This document shows positions 12,180 through 24,763 of a stretch of DNA of 64,000 nucleotides, one piece after another. Source of the DNA: Mobula hypostoma (Eukaryota); NCBI RefSeq assembly GCF_963921235.1, contig NC_086098.1:1612001-1676000 (forward strand), written 5' to 3'. The notes beneath the pieces were generated by a model. That model was not told where the DNA came from, made no database searches, and saw only the letters and a program-made list of their open reading frames with translations. Positions within the stretch are counted from its first letter, which is position 1, and the number at the start of each line of letters is the position of its first letter. Both the position numbers and the translations under genes were made by a program.

Positions 12180-12910
12180 AGCATCAGTAGATGTATGTAC
12201 ACAGTGAATGGTAACTTCTATGGAATTGTGGCTCTGTGTCAGATTTCTGAATATAATGACCAGAGCTCAGCAAAGAGTAGTGCTCACCACATGTACTCAC
12301 AACATGCTGAGGAGGTATAGATTTTCATTCTCCATTTAATAAACAGGATGGTTAAGAAATTGGAGATGCAAATATGCAATTTCAAAGATGTCCAATCTTT
12401 AAGTGCTGCTAGACATTGAAAACCACTACTTGCCAAGTCATCACTAAAATGTGCTCCAGCAACATCAAATTCTTATCAATGTAAATTTGAAAAATCTTCT
12501 CAAAAATACACTTTCACAGACATTCAGTAAGCAGTAATTTCAAAGCATTTAAAATATGTTAATAGTGGAAGACTGAGAGTCAACGGTTGGTCTCTCTATT
12601 TAACATATTCAGGTTAAGTCTCATTTTTTGAGCTGATATTTGTATTCTGCAAAATTCTCAGCTGCTCCTTATTTTTATTTATATCCATACACAGTCCTCA
12701 TCTTTTATTTATCAGAATTTTTATTCTATTCTATCATGAAAATAATTATTAATTGTGATGTTGTAATAACTGCGTTGATGTGACACAAGTTGGTTTGTGA
12801 CCTAGTAAATTTATAATATAGAGTTTCTTAGTACACCACATCTTCATTAGTGTGAGTTATATGGTCCTTGTCACTTGTAAAACAAACTGCACATCTAATT
12901 TTTTCCCTAG

Positions 12911-12961
12911 TTCTGGATCGCATTACCATCCTTTGTCAATAAACCACAAGATGCACCGAAG
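12911..12961 (+). other. Candidate 51-nt internal host exon
   Basis: CTAAT branch-like motif, TTTTTTCCCTAG acceptor, AG|GTATTA donor. Open as FWIALPSFVNKPQDAPK. Lies in non-repetitive AT-rich DNA. Protein not recognised. Confidence 0.4.
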
Positions 12962-13731
12962 GTATTAATGAATGAAATGCAGTGTTTCTTTATTAGATAT
13001 TGAATGCGTATTTGTAGAGTAATAATACAAACCAATCAAGGCATTCAATAGAGTGTTGTACACTTTTAAAATCTTCTCAAGTTGTTGACCGTCTGCCCTG
13101 TGAAAGTGAGAAAAGAATAATTAAATGTTTACCAGAAGCAACGCAATGGTTTTAAACAGTTTATTTCCTTCAACGCAGAGGTAATAGGGTTTAAAAAAGT
13201 GAACTTTAATAAGTAAAACCTTTTCTTTGCATTAAAATCTAAACAAAATTAAATAGATATATTTTCCTTTGCTACACAAAGGAAAGTGAAATTTGTTTCC
13301 ATTTCATGCTTTTCTTCAATAATTGATTGACAGTTGAACTAATTGGGTTAATTATTGTCTCTTGTGTATTATTGTCTGTCTATAATCAGTAACCTGGTGT
13401 GAATTCTTTCTTCAAATGCACATCCGGCACTCATGATAAGGGAATAATTTAATGACCCTTAGCAAAGGATGACATGAAATAAAAGCTGCCAGCCTAACTT
13501 AAGCAAAGAATTTTTATGAAATTTGCAAAGAACCCCTCAAAATTTTGGCCTCATTTCATGTGAGCTTCTGCTGATGAGGGTGAGTAATTTTTGATGCTCT
13601 CTAAATAGAGGAGGTCCTGCCTATGAGAATGAGTAATTTCTGATGCTCTCTAATTATAATCTTAGATAAAGAAGCCAGTTGCAAAAGAAACTTGAAATGA
13701 TTTACATTCATAGAGTCATAGATCTCCAAGA

Positions 13732-14140
13732 GGACTACAACCTTGTTGTTGGGTTTTGAGACTTGTGTGCCTCAATGACCTGGAGAGCTATGTTGGCTGG
13801 AGTCAGGGATTAATGCTTTGGCTCTTAGTAGGGTCACCCATACCAAACAGGACAAACGTTAGAGGACAAACTAAGAGTGGTCAGCTGACCCTCCAGGTTC
13901 ATGAGGTCAGCTCAGGGCTAACTGTCTCGCTGGTAAAACAAAATTGTTGCAGAAACAGCAATGAAGAATCCCATGACATCTGAGTGCAACAGTATTCCTG
14001 ACTCACCACCCACACCCAGGACTTAATGACTGACAGTAAACTGTGAGGAGGCTACTGATACCATGAAAGCTGCCTGAGATGGAGAACCTTCATTGCTGCC
14101 CTAAGTGCCAGTGGCTTAATGGAGAAAAGAAGAAAGAAGG
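13732..14140 (+). mobile_element. Bipartite RTE-derived SINE-like element
   Basis: 5' part resembles the RTE/Expander 5' UTR (CTCAATGA..AGAGCTATG..TAGGGTCACCCA). 3' part resembles an RTE 3' end with a (GAA)n-like tail. No ORF. Confidence 0.55.
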
Positions 14141-14630
14141 AGAGTCATACAACACAGAAACAGGCCACTCGGCCCATACTCCTACCATCCATGCATCTCT
14201 TCAAATTTCTCTTAAATGTTGAAATCAAATTCACATCCACCACTACCATTTGCAGCTCATTCCACACTCTCACCATCCACAAATCTCGAAAAATGAGAAT
14301 TCATTGAATGATTTATAGATAATGCAATCCCTTCTGAATTAGCTGCAGGATCACCAGCTTTCAGTGGGACACGTTCTACTAATATATTATTTCATTGTGG
14401 CATATTAATAAGCTAAAATGTTTCCAAACTGATGCTAACAATGGTTTTGCATTGAGGATATTGTGGGTTCACATGCCTGCTATTGTATTAGACAAAGCTG
14501 CATTGTTATAGACTTGTTTTAAAAGATAATTTGCTTTGTTTTGAGTTGATTGTTAAACATCCTGAGGTATTAATTTGAAGGTTGACAAAAGAAGATGTAC
14601 CAGGACACCTCGTTAGTATTTAGCCTTCAA

Positions 14631-14959
14631 ACTACTACTACTACTACTACTACTACGTCGACTCAGGCCTAGGGGGCCAGCGTCGGGCACTTTTTTATGC
14701 CTTACAAGGCGCGAAACGAAAGACTGTGTGGTGCGCCACTCTTCACACAGACAGTAGGTGGCCGTTGACTTACAAAGAGTTTATTCGCCCTTTGACGGGT
14801 TTTGTTTTCAATCCTGCTGGGTGCCTACACACCCTCCTCCCTGGTTAACCGAAGTGCACCAGGGGGTGTGCCAGTTGATTCGCTGACAACCGGACCTGAG
14901 ACAGGTAGTACTGGGCTACGTGGTACCAGTAGCAAGGCAAGGCCCTGACCTGACACATG
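14631..14959 (-). mobile_element. CpG-rich structured SINE-like element with (GTA)n tail
   Basis: (ACT)n run at 14631-14655 on + strand; imperfect TSD AGCC(T/C)TCAAAC at 14622-14632 and 14960-14970; several hairpins. Confidence 0.65.
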
Positions 14960-14974
14960 AGCCCTCAAACAATA

Positions 14975-15610
14975 TCACTAAACCAGACTGACTGACTCGT
15001 TACATCACAGCTCAGCATGGAACCACCAATGCCCTTGAACAGAAAATCATACAGAAAGTATTGGATACCGCCCAGTCCATCATATGTAAAGCCCTCCCCA
15101 CCATTGAGCTCACCTATAAGGAGCATTGTCGCAGGAAAGCAGCATCCTTCATCAAGAATCAACACCACTCAGGTCATGTTCTCTTCTCACTGCTGCCATC
15201 AAGAAGGAGTACAGGACTCACAGCACAAGGTTCAGGAACAGTTATTACCCCTCAACCATCAGCTCTTGAACTGAAGGGGATAAGCACCCTCAACTTCACT
15301 TGCACCATCACTAAACTGTTCCCACAACCAATCGACTAACTTCCAAGACTCTTCATCTCATGTTCTTGATAGTTATTGGTTATTTATTTATTATCATAAT
15401 TTATTTCTTTTTGTTTTGCACTGTTTGTTTTTTGCTTGCTGGCTGAACACTCAAGTTGGTGTGGTGTTTCATTCATTCTAGTTCTGTTACTGTTACTATT
15501 CTAATACGGATTTAGTGAGCGTGCCCACTAAAATGAATCTCAGGTTTGTATACGGTGACATATACATACTTTGATAATAAGTTTCCTTTGAACTCTGAAC
15601 TTTGAATTTT
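14975..15610 (+). mobile_element. Rex1/Babar LINE 3' fragment
   Basis: ORF 15061..15339 'CRRKAASFIK...GHVLFSLLPS'; (CTTTGAA)n-like tail. Confidence 0.8.
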
Positions 15611-15709
15611 GAGACTATCCGGTGATTTTCATGGTGCACAAAAGAACTATCTTGTTTTTGTATTATAACTGTAATATTATTCAGAAATACTTTATTAGTT
15701 GAATAATGT

Positions 15710-17294
15710 GCTCCGCGTCCAGCACATAATTCTCCAGAACTTCTGCCACCTCCAACGGGGTCCCACCACCAAGCACCTTCCCCTCCCCCCACTTTCTGCT
15801 TTCCACAGGGATCACTCCCTAAGTGACTCCTTCGTCCATTTGTCCCTCCCACTGATCTCCCTCCTGACACTTATCCTTGCAGGCAGAACAAGTGCTACAC
15901 CTGCCCCTACACCTCCCTCACTACCATTCAGGGCCCCAAACAATCTTTCCAGGTGAGGCTACACTTCACCTATGAGTCTTTTGGGATCATTTACTGTGTT
16001 AGGTGCTCCCGGTGCGGACTCCTGTACATCGGTGAGACCCAATTTAGTAGATTGGGAGACCACTTTGCCAGGCATCTACGCTCTGTCTGCCAGAACCAGC
16101 GGGATCTCCCAGTGCCACCCATTTTAATTCCACTTCCCATTCCCATTCCGATATGTCCATCAACGACTTCCTCCACTGTCGTGATGAGGCCACACTTTGG
16201 TTGGAGAAGCAACACCTTATATTCTGTTTGGGTAGCTTCCGACCTGATGGCATGAACATCAGTTTCTCTAACTTCCAGTAATGCCCCCAACCCCCCCTTC
16301 ACCATTTCCCATCCCCTTATCCCTCGCTCACCTATCCTCACCTCATCAATCAACTTCCCAGCTCTTTACTTCATCCCTCCCCCTCCAGGTTTCAATAGAC
16401 AATAGGTGCAGGAGCAGGCCATTCGACCCTTCGAGCCAGCACCGCCATTCACTGTAATCATGGCTGATCATCCACAATCAGTATCCAGTTCCTGCCTTAT
16501 CCCCATAACCTTTGATTCCGCTATCTTTAATTGCTCTATCCATCTCTTTCTTAAAAGCATCCAGAGATTGGCCTCCACAGCCTTCTGGGGCAGAGCATTC
16601 CATATAGTTTTTCCTCAACTCCGTTCTAAATGGCCTACCCTTTATTCTTAAACTGTGACCTCTGGTTCTGGACTCACCCATCAGCGGGAACATGCTTCCT
16701 GCCTCCAGCGTGTCCAATCCCTTAATAATCTTATATATTTCATTAAGATCCCCTCTCAGCCTTCTAAATTCCAGAGTATACAAGCCCAGTCGCTCCAATC
16801 TTTCAACATATGACAGCCCCGCCATCCCGGGAATTAACCCTGTGAACCTACGCTGCACTCCCTCAATAGCAAGAATGTCCTTCCTCAAATTTGGAGACCA
16901 AAACTGCACACAGTACTCCAGGTGTGGTCTCACCAGGGCCCTGTACAGCTGCAGAAGGACCTCTTTGCTCTTATACTCAATTCCCCTTGTTATGAAGGCC
17001 AGCATGCCTTCACCTGTCATCTGGTAGTTCTCTCTCTCCTCCCCTTCCTTTTAAATCTGCTCCTCAGCTGTTTTCTCCAGTCCTGCCGAAAGGTTTCAGA
17101 GCAAAACATCGATGGAGGCAAGCAAAAATTTGGTTCAAAAGCAAGCAGTCGACCTTTCAGGACCGATGAAGAGTCTTGGTCCAAAAGATTCACCGTTTAT
17201 TCTTTTCCATCGATGGTGCCTGGCCTGCTGAGTTCCTCCATCATTTTGAGAGTGTGTTGCTTGAATTTCCAGACTGCAGATCTTCTCTTGTTTG
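15710..17294 (+). mobile_element. Decayed Penelope element (GIY-YIG region and pLTR), split by CR1
   Basis: ORF 15953..16255 'IIYCVRCSRCGLLYIGET'; homologous to 34105-35086. Confidence 0.88.
16394..17009 (-). mobile_element. CR1 3' fragment nested in Penelope
   Basis: ORF 16478..17020 is a CR1 RT C-terminus; (CAATAGA)n tail on + strand; TTCA on both sides. Confidence 0.92.
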
Positions 17295-17303
17295 GTTAAA
17301 ACA

Positions 17304-20126
17304 AGAACTGACTGCGCTTGTCAGGAGTCAGAGAACATTTCGGGAGAGCAGTGTCATGTGCTTTACTGAGACGTGGCTGAACGAGGACATACCCGATCAA
17401 AGCATTTCCATAGAGGGCTTCCAGACCGTTCGAGCTGACCGGAATTGCATTGAGAGCGGTGAGCGTAAAGGAGGGGGTCTAGCGGTTCTGGTAAACAACA
17501 GATGGTGCAATCCTGGGCATATTACGATCAAGGAACATGCCTGTAGCCCGGATATTGAACTTTTTGCTGTTGGACTCCGGCCTTATTATTTGCCAAGGGA
17601 AATCTCGCATGCAATTGTGGTTGTTGTGTACATCCCTCCCTCCGCCAACCCGACGTCGGCGTGTAACATGATTTACACCGTCATAGCCAGATTACAAACC
17701 CAGCACCCGAGTGCCCTCATTACCATCTTGGGTGACTTCAACCAGGTTACCATGGCTAGAACACTGCCCAACTTCACGCAGTATGTGAGCTGTACAACCA
17801 GAGGGGAGAGGACTCTGGATTTGATGTATGCTAACGTTAAGGATGCATACAGCTCCTCTCTCCTCCCCCCACTGGGAAGGTCAGATCACAGCCTGGTGCA
17901 TCTAAAACCCTGCTACGTTCCTCTGGTGAAGAGTAAACCTGCAACCTCGAGGACAGTGAGGAAATGGTCGGAGGAGGCTTATGAGGCGCTCCAGGGTTGT
18001 TTTGAGGTGACAGACTGGCAGGCACTCTGTGAGTCACATGAAGAGGATATTGATGGGCTCACAGAGTGCATCACTGATTACATCAACTTCTGTGTGGACT
18101 GCAATGTTCTGACAAGAACTGTCCTTTGTTATTCAAATAACAAGCCATGGGTGACAAAGGACATTAAGGACATCCTGAACGCTAAAAAGAGGGCGTTTAG
18201 AGATGGAAATAGGGAGGAGCTGAGGGCAATACAGAGGAACCTGAAAGCCAGGATCAGGGAGGCTAAAGACAGGTACAGGAGGAAGCTTGAGTGAAAACTC
18301 CAGCAAAATAACATGAGAGAGGTCTGGAGTGGGATGAGGACCATCACTAGGTTCCGGTAAACTAGCAACAGAGGATCTGAAGGCAGTGTGGACAGGGCCA
18401 ATGAACTTAACCTGTTCTTTAACAGATCTGACATTGTGACCCCTGCCCATCCCCCACAGGAGCCATCTGTTGTCGGCCTCCAACCAATACATATTCCACT
18501 TTCCCCTCCTACCCCTCCTCACAGTCTCCCACCCTGCTCTCATGACTATACCCCTTCCCCACACGAAACCACTACGGTGGGCTTCACGGCTGAACAGGTG
18601 AGAAGACAGCTGAAACGTCTCAACCCAAGCAAGGCTGCAGGACCGGATGTTGTCAGTACCAGGGTGCTCAAAGCCTGTGCCCCTCAGCCTTGTGGAGTAC
18701 TTCGCCATGTATTCAACCTGAGCCTGAGGCTCCGGAGGGTTCCTGTGCTGTGGAAGATGTCCTGCCTCGTCCCTGTGCCGAAGATGCCACGCCCCAGTGG
18801 TCTCAATGACTACAGACTGGTGGCATTGACCTCCCACATCATGAAGACCCTGGAGAGACTTGTTCTGGAGCTGCTCCAGCCTATGGTCAGGCCACACTTA
18901 GATCCCCTCCAGTTCGCCTACCAGCCCTGACTAGGAGTTGAGGATGCCATCATCTACCTGCTGAACCGTGTCCACGCCCACCTGGACAAGCCAGCGAGCA
19001 CTGTGAGGGTCATGTTTTTTGACTTCTCCAGTGCGTTCAACACCATCCGCCCTGCTCTGCTGGGGGAGAAGCTGACAGTGATGCAGGTGGATGCTTCCCT
19101 GGTATCATGGATTCTTGATTACCTGACTGGCAGACCACAGTACGTATGCTTGCAACACTGTGTGTCCGACAGAGTGATCAGCAGCACTCGGGCTCCCTTC
19201 CTCCCTTCCTCTTCACCGTTTACACCTCAGACTTCAACTACTGCACAGAGTCTTGTCATCTTCAGAAGTTTTCGGATGACTCTGCCATAGCTGGATGCAT
19301 CAGCAAGGGAGATGAGGTTGAGTACAGGGCTACAATAGGAAACTTTATCACATGGTGTGAGCAGAATTATCTGCAGCTTAATGTGAAAAAGACCAAGGAG
19401 CTGGTGGTAGATCTGAGGAGAGCTAAGGTACCGGTGACCCCTGTTTCCATCCAGGGGGTCAGTGTGGACATGGTGGAGGATTACAAATACCTGGGGATAC
19501 GAATTGACAATAAACTGGACTGGTCTAATAACACTGAGGCTGTCTACAAGAAGGGTCAGAGCTGTCTCTATTTCTTGAGGAGACTGAGGTCCTTTAACAT
19601 CTGCCGGACGATGCTGAGGATGTTCTACGAGTCTGTGGTGGCCAGTGCGATCATGTTTGCTGTTGTGTGCTGGGGCAGCAGGCTGAGGGTAGCAGACACC
19701 AACAGAATCAACAAACTCATTCGTAAGGCCAGTGATGTTGTGGGGATGGAACTGGACTCTCTGACGGTGGTGTCTGAAAAGAGGATGCTGTCCAAGTTGC
19801 ATGCCATCTTGGTCAATGTCTCCCATCCACTACATAATGTACTGGGTGGGCACAGGAGTACATTCAGCCAGAGACTCATTCCACCGAGATGCAACACAGA
19901 GCGTCATAGGAAGTCATTCCAGCCTGTGGCCATCAAAATTTACAACTCCTCCCTTGGAGGGTCAGACACCCTGAGCAAATAGGCTGGTCCAGGACTTATT
20001 TCATAATTTACTGGCATAATTTACATATTACTATTTAACTATTTATGGTTCTATTACTGTTTATTATTTATGGTACAACTGTAACGAAAACCAATTTCCC
20101 CCGGGATTCATAAAGTATGACTATGA
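17304..20126 (+). mobile_element. Near full-length Rex1/Babar LINE (APE endonuclease + RT), slightly 5'-truncated, disabled
   Basis: 'CFTETWL', 'GGGLAVLV', 'VYIPP', 'GDFN', 'SDH'; RT 'FFDFSSAFNTI', 'KFSDDSAI'; several in-frame stops; (TATGAC)n tail. Confidence 0.92.
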
Positions 20127-20484
20127 GTACTTCTACTACTAAAGAGACGGATTTCACTGAGTGTTTGAAATGGGTCAAAAGTGGTAAAAATTTATTGGCA
20201 TTCAGGTACAGAATTCTGATGCTTAAGACCTGGACAGCTGAAGGAATATCAGACAGAGGTAGAGGAAGTAAATTCTGAGTCGACCAAGAGAATAAGTTGG
20301 TGAAGAATGTTTAGCACATGTGGTTATGTGGCTGGAGGAGATTTCTGAGCGTGGATGGAATAAGGACAAATGAAGTGAATAAAAAGCAAGGGTCAGAATT
20401 TTAAATTTGATTAATAAGGAACCAAAGTTTAAAGATTAATTATCTGTATCCTTAATCTTTAGTTCGTGATTAATCAATTTTAAA

Positions 20485-20800
20485 GATCAGTTTTATTTGT
20501 CATATTTACATCAAACAATACAATAAAATGTATCGTTTGTGTCAAATCAAATCAGTGAAGATTGTTCTGGGAGCAGCCCAATAGTGTCACCAAGCTTCTG
20601 GTGCCAACATAGTATGTCCACAATTTAATAATCCATACCGGTACGTCTTTGGAATGTGGGAAGAAACCACAGTACCAGGAGGAAATCCATGTGGTCATGG
20701 GGAGAACACGCAAACCATTTACAGACAGTAGCGGGAATTGAACCGCAATTGTTGATTGCTGTAAAGTGATTGTGCTAACTGCTACTCAAATGTGCCACAC
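20485..20800 (-). mobile_element. tRNA-derived V-SINE (HE1-like)
   Basis: Reverse complement gives a GTGGCAC... head, B-box-like GGTTCAATTCC, V-domain 'GTTCTCCCCATGACCACATGGATTTCCTCC...CCCACATTCCAAAGA' and a LINE-like tail. Confidence 0.75.
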
Positions 20801-21393
20801 AGGTATAACCAAATATTTATATAAAGCATATGAAGATAACAATGTAATGTGCAACATGGATTGATTTCTGACATGAACTAATATGCTTAGGTTATGATTA
20901 TCAGATTTGCTTGTAGCCTTAATCCATGTCTCTGTCCTGTTCCAGGTATCTCATCCATCAGTGAGGCCACACATGGAGTACTGTGAGCAGTTTGGGGCCC
21001 TTTTCTAAGGAAGGATGTGCTGGTATAGAGGAGCATCCAGAGGAGGTTCATGAGAATGATCCTGGGAATGAAAGGGTTAACATGTGAGTTGCTTTTGATG
21101 GCTCCGGGCCTGTACCCACTGGAGTTTAGAGGAATGAGGGGCTATCCCATTGAAACATAGTGAATGTTGAAAGGTCTTGGTAGAATGGACATGGAAAGGA
21201 TGTTTCCTATAGTGGGAATGTCAAGGACCAGAGGGCAAAAATGTCCTATAAAACAGAGGTGAGGAAGAATTTCTTTAGCCAGGGAGTGTGAATCTGTGGA
21301 ATACATTGCCAAGGCAGCTGTGGAGGCCAAGTCATCGGGTATATTTAAAGCGGAGGTTGATAAGTTTTTGTTTGTCAGGTTATGGGGAGAAGG

Positions 21394-24300
21394 AATAAGG
21401 AACCTTGGTTCTCAAGGGATATTGCAACTCTGATAAAGAAGAAGAGGGAGTTGTATGAAATGTATAGGAAACAGGGAGTAAATCAGGTGCTTGAGGGGTA
21501 TAAGAAGTGCAAGAAAATAATTAAGAAAGTAATCAGGAGGGCTAAAAGAAGACATGAGGTTGCCTTGGCAGTCAAAGTGAAGGATAATCCAAAGAGCTTT
21601 TACAGGTATATTAAGAGCAAAAGGATTGTAAGGGATAAAATTGGTCCTCTTGAAGATCAGAGTGGTCAGCTATGTGCAGAACCAAAGGAAATGGGGGAGA
21701 TCTTAATAGGTTTTTTGCATCTGTATTTACTAAGGAAACTGGCATGAAGTCTAAGATTCTGGACTAGTTCCTGAGGATTGGAGGGTGGCTAATGTAACCC
21801 CACTTTTTAAAAAAGGAGGGAGAGAGAAACCGGGGAATTATAGGCCGGTTAGCCTAACATCGGTGGTGGGGAAACTGCTGGAGTCAGTTATCAAGGATGT
21901 GATAACAGCACATTTGGAAAGCGGTGAAATGATCGGACAAAGTCAGCATGGATTTGTGAAAGGAAAATCATGTCTGACGAATCTCATAGAATTTTTTGAG
22001 GATGTAACTAGTAGAGTGGATAGGGGAGAACCAGTGGATGTGGTATATTTGGATTTTCAAAAGGCTTTTGACAAGGTCCCACATAGGAGATTAGTGTGCA
22101 AACTTAAAGCACACGGTATTGGGGGTAAGGTATTGGTGTGGGTGGAGAATTGGTTAGCAGACAGGAAGCAAAGAGTGGGAATAAACGGGACCTTTTCAGA
22201 ATGGCAGGCGGTGACTAGTGGGGTACCGCAAGGCTCAGTACTGGGACCCCAGTTGTTTACAATATATATTAATGACTTGGATGAGGGAATTAAATGCAGC
22301 ATCTCCAAGTTTGCGGATGACACGAAGCTGGGTGGCAGTGTTAGCAGTGAGGAGGATGCTAAGAGGATGCAGGGTGACTTGGATAGGTTGGGTGAGTGGG
22401 CAAACTCATGGCAGATGCAATTTAATGTGGATAAATGTGAAGTTATCCACTTTGGTGGCAAAAATAGGAAAATAGATTATTATCTGAATGGTGGCCGATT
22501 AGGAAAAGGGGAGGTGCAACGAGACCTGGGTGTCATTATACACCAGTCATTGAAAGTGGGCATGCAGGTACAGCAGGCGGTGAAAAAGGCGAACGGTATG
22601 CTGGCATTTATAGCGAGAGGATTCGAGTACAGGAGCAGGGAGCTCCTACTGCAGTTGTACAAGGCCTTGGTGAGACCACACCTGGAGTATTGTGTGCAGT
22701 TTTGGTCCCCTAATCTGAGGAAAGACATCTTTGCCATAGAGGGAGTACAAAGAAGGTTCACCAGATTGATTCCTGGGATGGCAGGTCTTTCATATGAAGA
22801 AAGACTGGATGAACTGGGCTTGTACTCGTTGGAATTTAGAAGATTGAGGGGGGATCTGATTGAAACGTATAAGATCCTAAAGGGATTGGACAGGCTAGAT
22901 GCGGGAAGATTGTTCCCGATGTTGGGGAGGTCTAGAACGAGGGGTCACAGTTTGAGGATAGAGGGGAAGCCTTTTAGGACCGAGGTTAGGAAAAACTTCT
23001 TCACACAGAGAGTGGTGAATCTGTGGAATTCTCTGCCACAGCAAACTGTTGAGGCCAGTTCATTAGCTATGTTTAAAAGGAAGTTAGATATGGCCCTTGT
23101 GGCTACAGGGGTCAGGGGGTATGGAGGGAAGGCTGGGTTCTGAGTTGGATGATCAGCCATGATCATAATAAATGGCGGTGCAGGCTCGAAGGGCCGAATG
23201 GCCTACTCCTGCACCTATTTTCTATGTTTCTATGTTTCTATGTTTCTATGGAATTAAGGGAATCAAGTAGTGAGATCATGAAAACTGTACAGATTGAAAA
23301 GGAGGAGGTCCTTGCTGTCTTGAGGAAAATTAAAGTGGATAAATCCCAGGGACCTGACAGGGTGTTCCCTCGGACCTTGAAGGAGACTAGTGTTGAAATT
23401 GCAGGGGCCCTGGCAGAAATAATTAAAATGTCGCTGTCCATGGGTGAGGTGCCGGAGGATTGGAGAGCGGCTCATGTTGTTCCGTTGTTTAAAAAAGGAT
23501 CGAAAAGTAATCCGGGAAATTATAGGCCGGTAAATTTAACGTCGATAGTAGGTAAGTTATTGGAGGGAGTACTAAGAGACAGAATCTACAAGCATTTGGA
23601 TAGACAGGGACTTATTAGGGAGAGTCAACATGGCTTTGTGCGTGGTAGGTCATGTTTGACCAATCTATTGGAGTTTTTCGAGGAGGTTACCAGGAAAGTG
23701 GATGAAGGGAAGGCAGTGGATATTGTCTACATGGACTTCAGTAAGGCCTTTGACAAGGTCCCGCATGGGAGGTTAGTTAGGAAAATTCAGTTGCTAGGTA
23801 TACATGGAGAGGTGGTAAATTGGATTAGGAATTGGCTCAATGGAAGAAGCCAAAGAGTGGTAGTAGAGAATTGCTTCTCTGAGTGGAGGCCTGTGACTAG
23901 TGGTGTGCCACAGGGATCAGTGCTGGGACCATTGTTATTTGTCATCTATATCAATGATCTGGACAAGTGTGAGGTATTGCACGTTGGAAGGACAAACCAA
24001 GGTAGAACATACAGGGTTAATGGTAAGGCACCGAGGAGTGCAGTGGAACAGAGGGATCTGGGAATACAGATACAAAATTCCCTAAGAGTGGCATCACAGG
24101 TAGATAGGGTCGTAAAGAGAGCTTTTTGTACATTGGCCTTTATCAATCGAAGTATTGAGTATAAGAGCTGGAATGTTATGATGAGGTTGTATAAGGCATT
24201 GGTGAGGCCGAATCTGGAGTATTGTGTTCAGTTTTGGTCACCAAATTACAGGAAGGATATAAATAAGGTTGAAAGAGTGCAGAGAAGGTTTACAAGGATG

Positions 24301-24763
24301 TTGCCAGGACTTAAGAAACTCAGTTACAGAGAAAGATTGAATAGGTTAGGACTTCATTCCCTGGAGCGTAGAAGAATGAGGGGAGATTTGATAGAGGTAT
24401 ATAAAATTATGATGGGTATAGATAGAGTGAATGCAAGCAAGCTTTTTCCACTGAGGCAAGGGGAGAAAAAAACCAGAGGACATGGGTTAAGGGTGAGGGG
24501 GGAAAAGTTTAAAGGGAACACTGGGGGGGCTTCTTCACACAGAGAGTGGTGGGAGTATGGAATGAGCTGCCAGACGAGGTGGTAAATGTGGGTTCTTTTT
24601 TAACATTTAAGAATAAATTGGACAGATACATAGATGGGAGGTGTATGGAGGGATATGGTCTGTGTGCAGGTCAGTGGGACTAGGCAGAAAATGGTTCGGC
24701 ACAGCCAAGAAGGGCCAAAAGGCCTGTTTCTGTGCTGTAGTTTCTATGGTTTCTATGGTTTCT
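21394..24763 (+). mobile_element. CR1 subfamily B ((TTCTATGG)n tail), interrupted, with an internal deletion
   Basis: ORFs 21382..21747 and 23149..24585; matches 42035-43855; the KFADD region is missing at ~23963. Confidence 0.93.
21754..23248 (+). mobile_element. Young CR1 subfamily A, 5'-truncated, uninterrupted RT
   Basis: 452-aa ORF 21785..23143 with '[11 protein letters not shown]', '[10 protein letters not shown]', 'KFADD'; (TTCTATGT)n tail; TCTA at both junctions. Confidence 0.96.

Larger units (their letters stand above)
8830..12205 (+). mobile_element. HERO/NeSL-type non-LTR retrotransposon with restriction-like endonuclease (near full length, disabled)
   Basis: N-terminal Zn finger 'CACGKICKNDRGLKIHQARMKC'; RT motifs 'WLDLANAYGSIPH', 'GIITGCTIS', 'AFMDDLTV'; CCHC 'CPLC...LEHILSDC'; 'RHDQVL'; RLE 'LLELTVPWE...KLSKY'. 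Confidence 0.9.

Noticed and set aside
13581..13653. 24-bp direct repeat TGAGTAATTT(T/C)TGATGCTCTCTAA with a ~25-bp spacer (CRISPR-like)
   Set aside because: Only two units, no cas genes, eukaryotic context; a local duplication.
13732..13900. HDV-like ribozyme in the RTE-type 5' region
   Set aside because: I could not assign P1/P2/P3 pairings in this decayed copy.
20740..20800. tRNA gene
   Set aside because: Only the decayed tRNA-derived head of a V-SINE; no cloverleaf.
23149..24585. 478-aa ORF as a novel protein (also 38839..39564, 50021..50797, 52091..52849)
   Set aside because: Chance read-through across junctions of nested elements.
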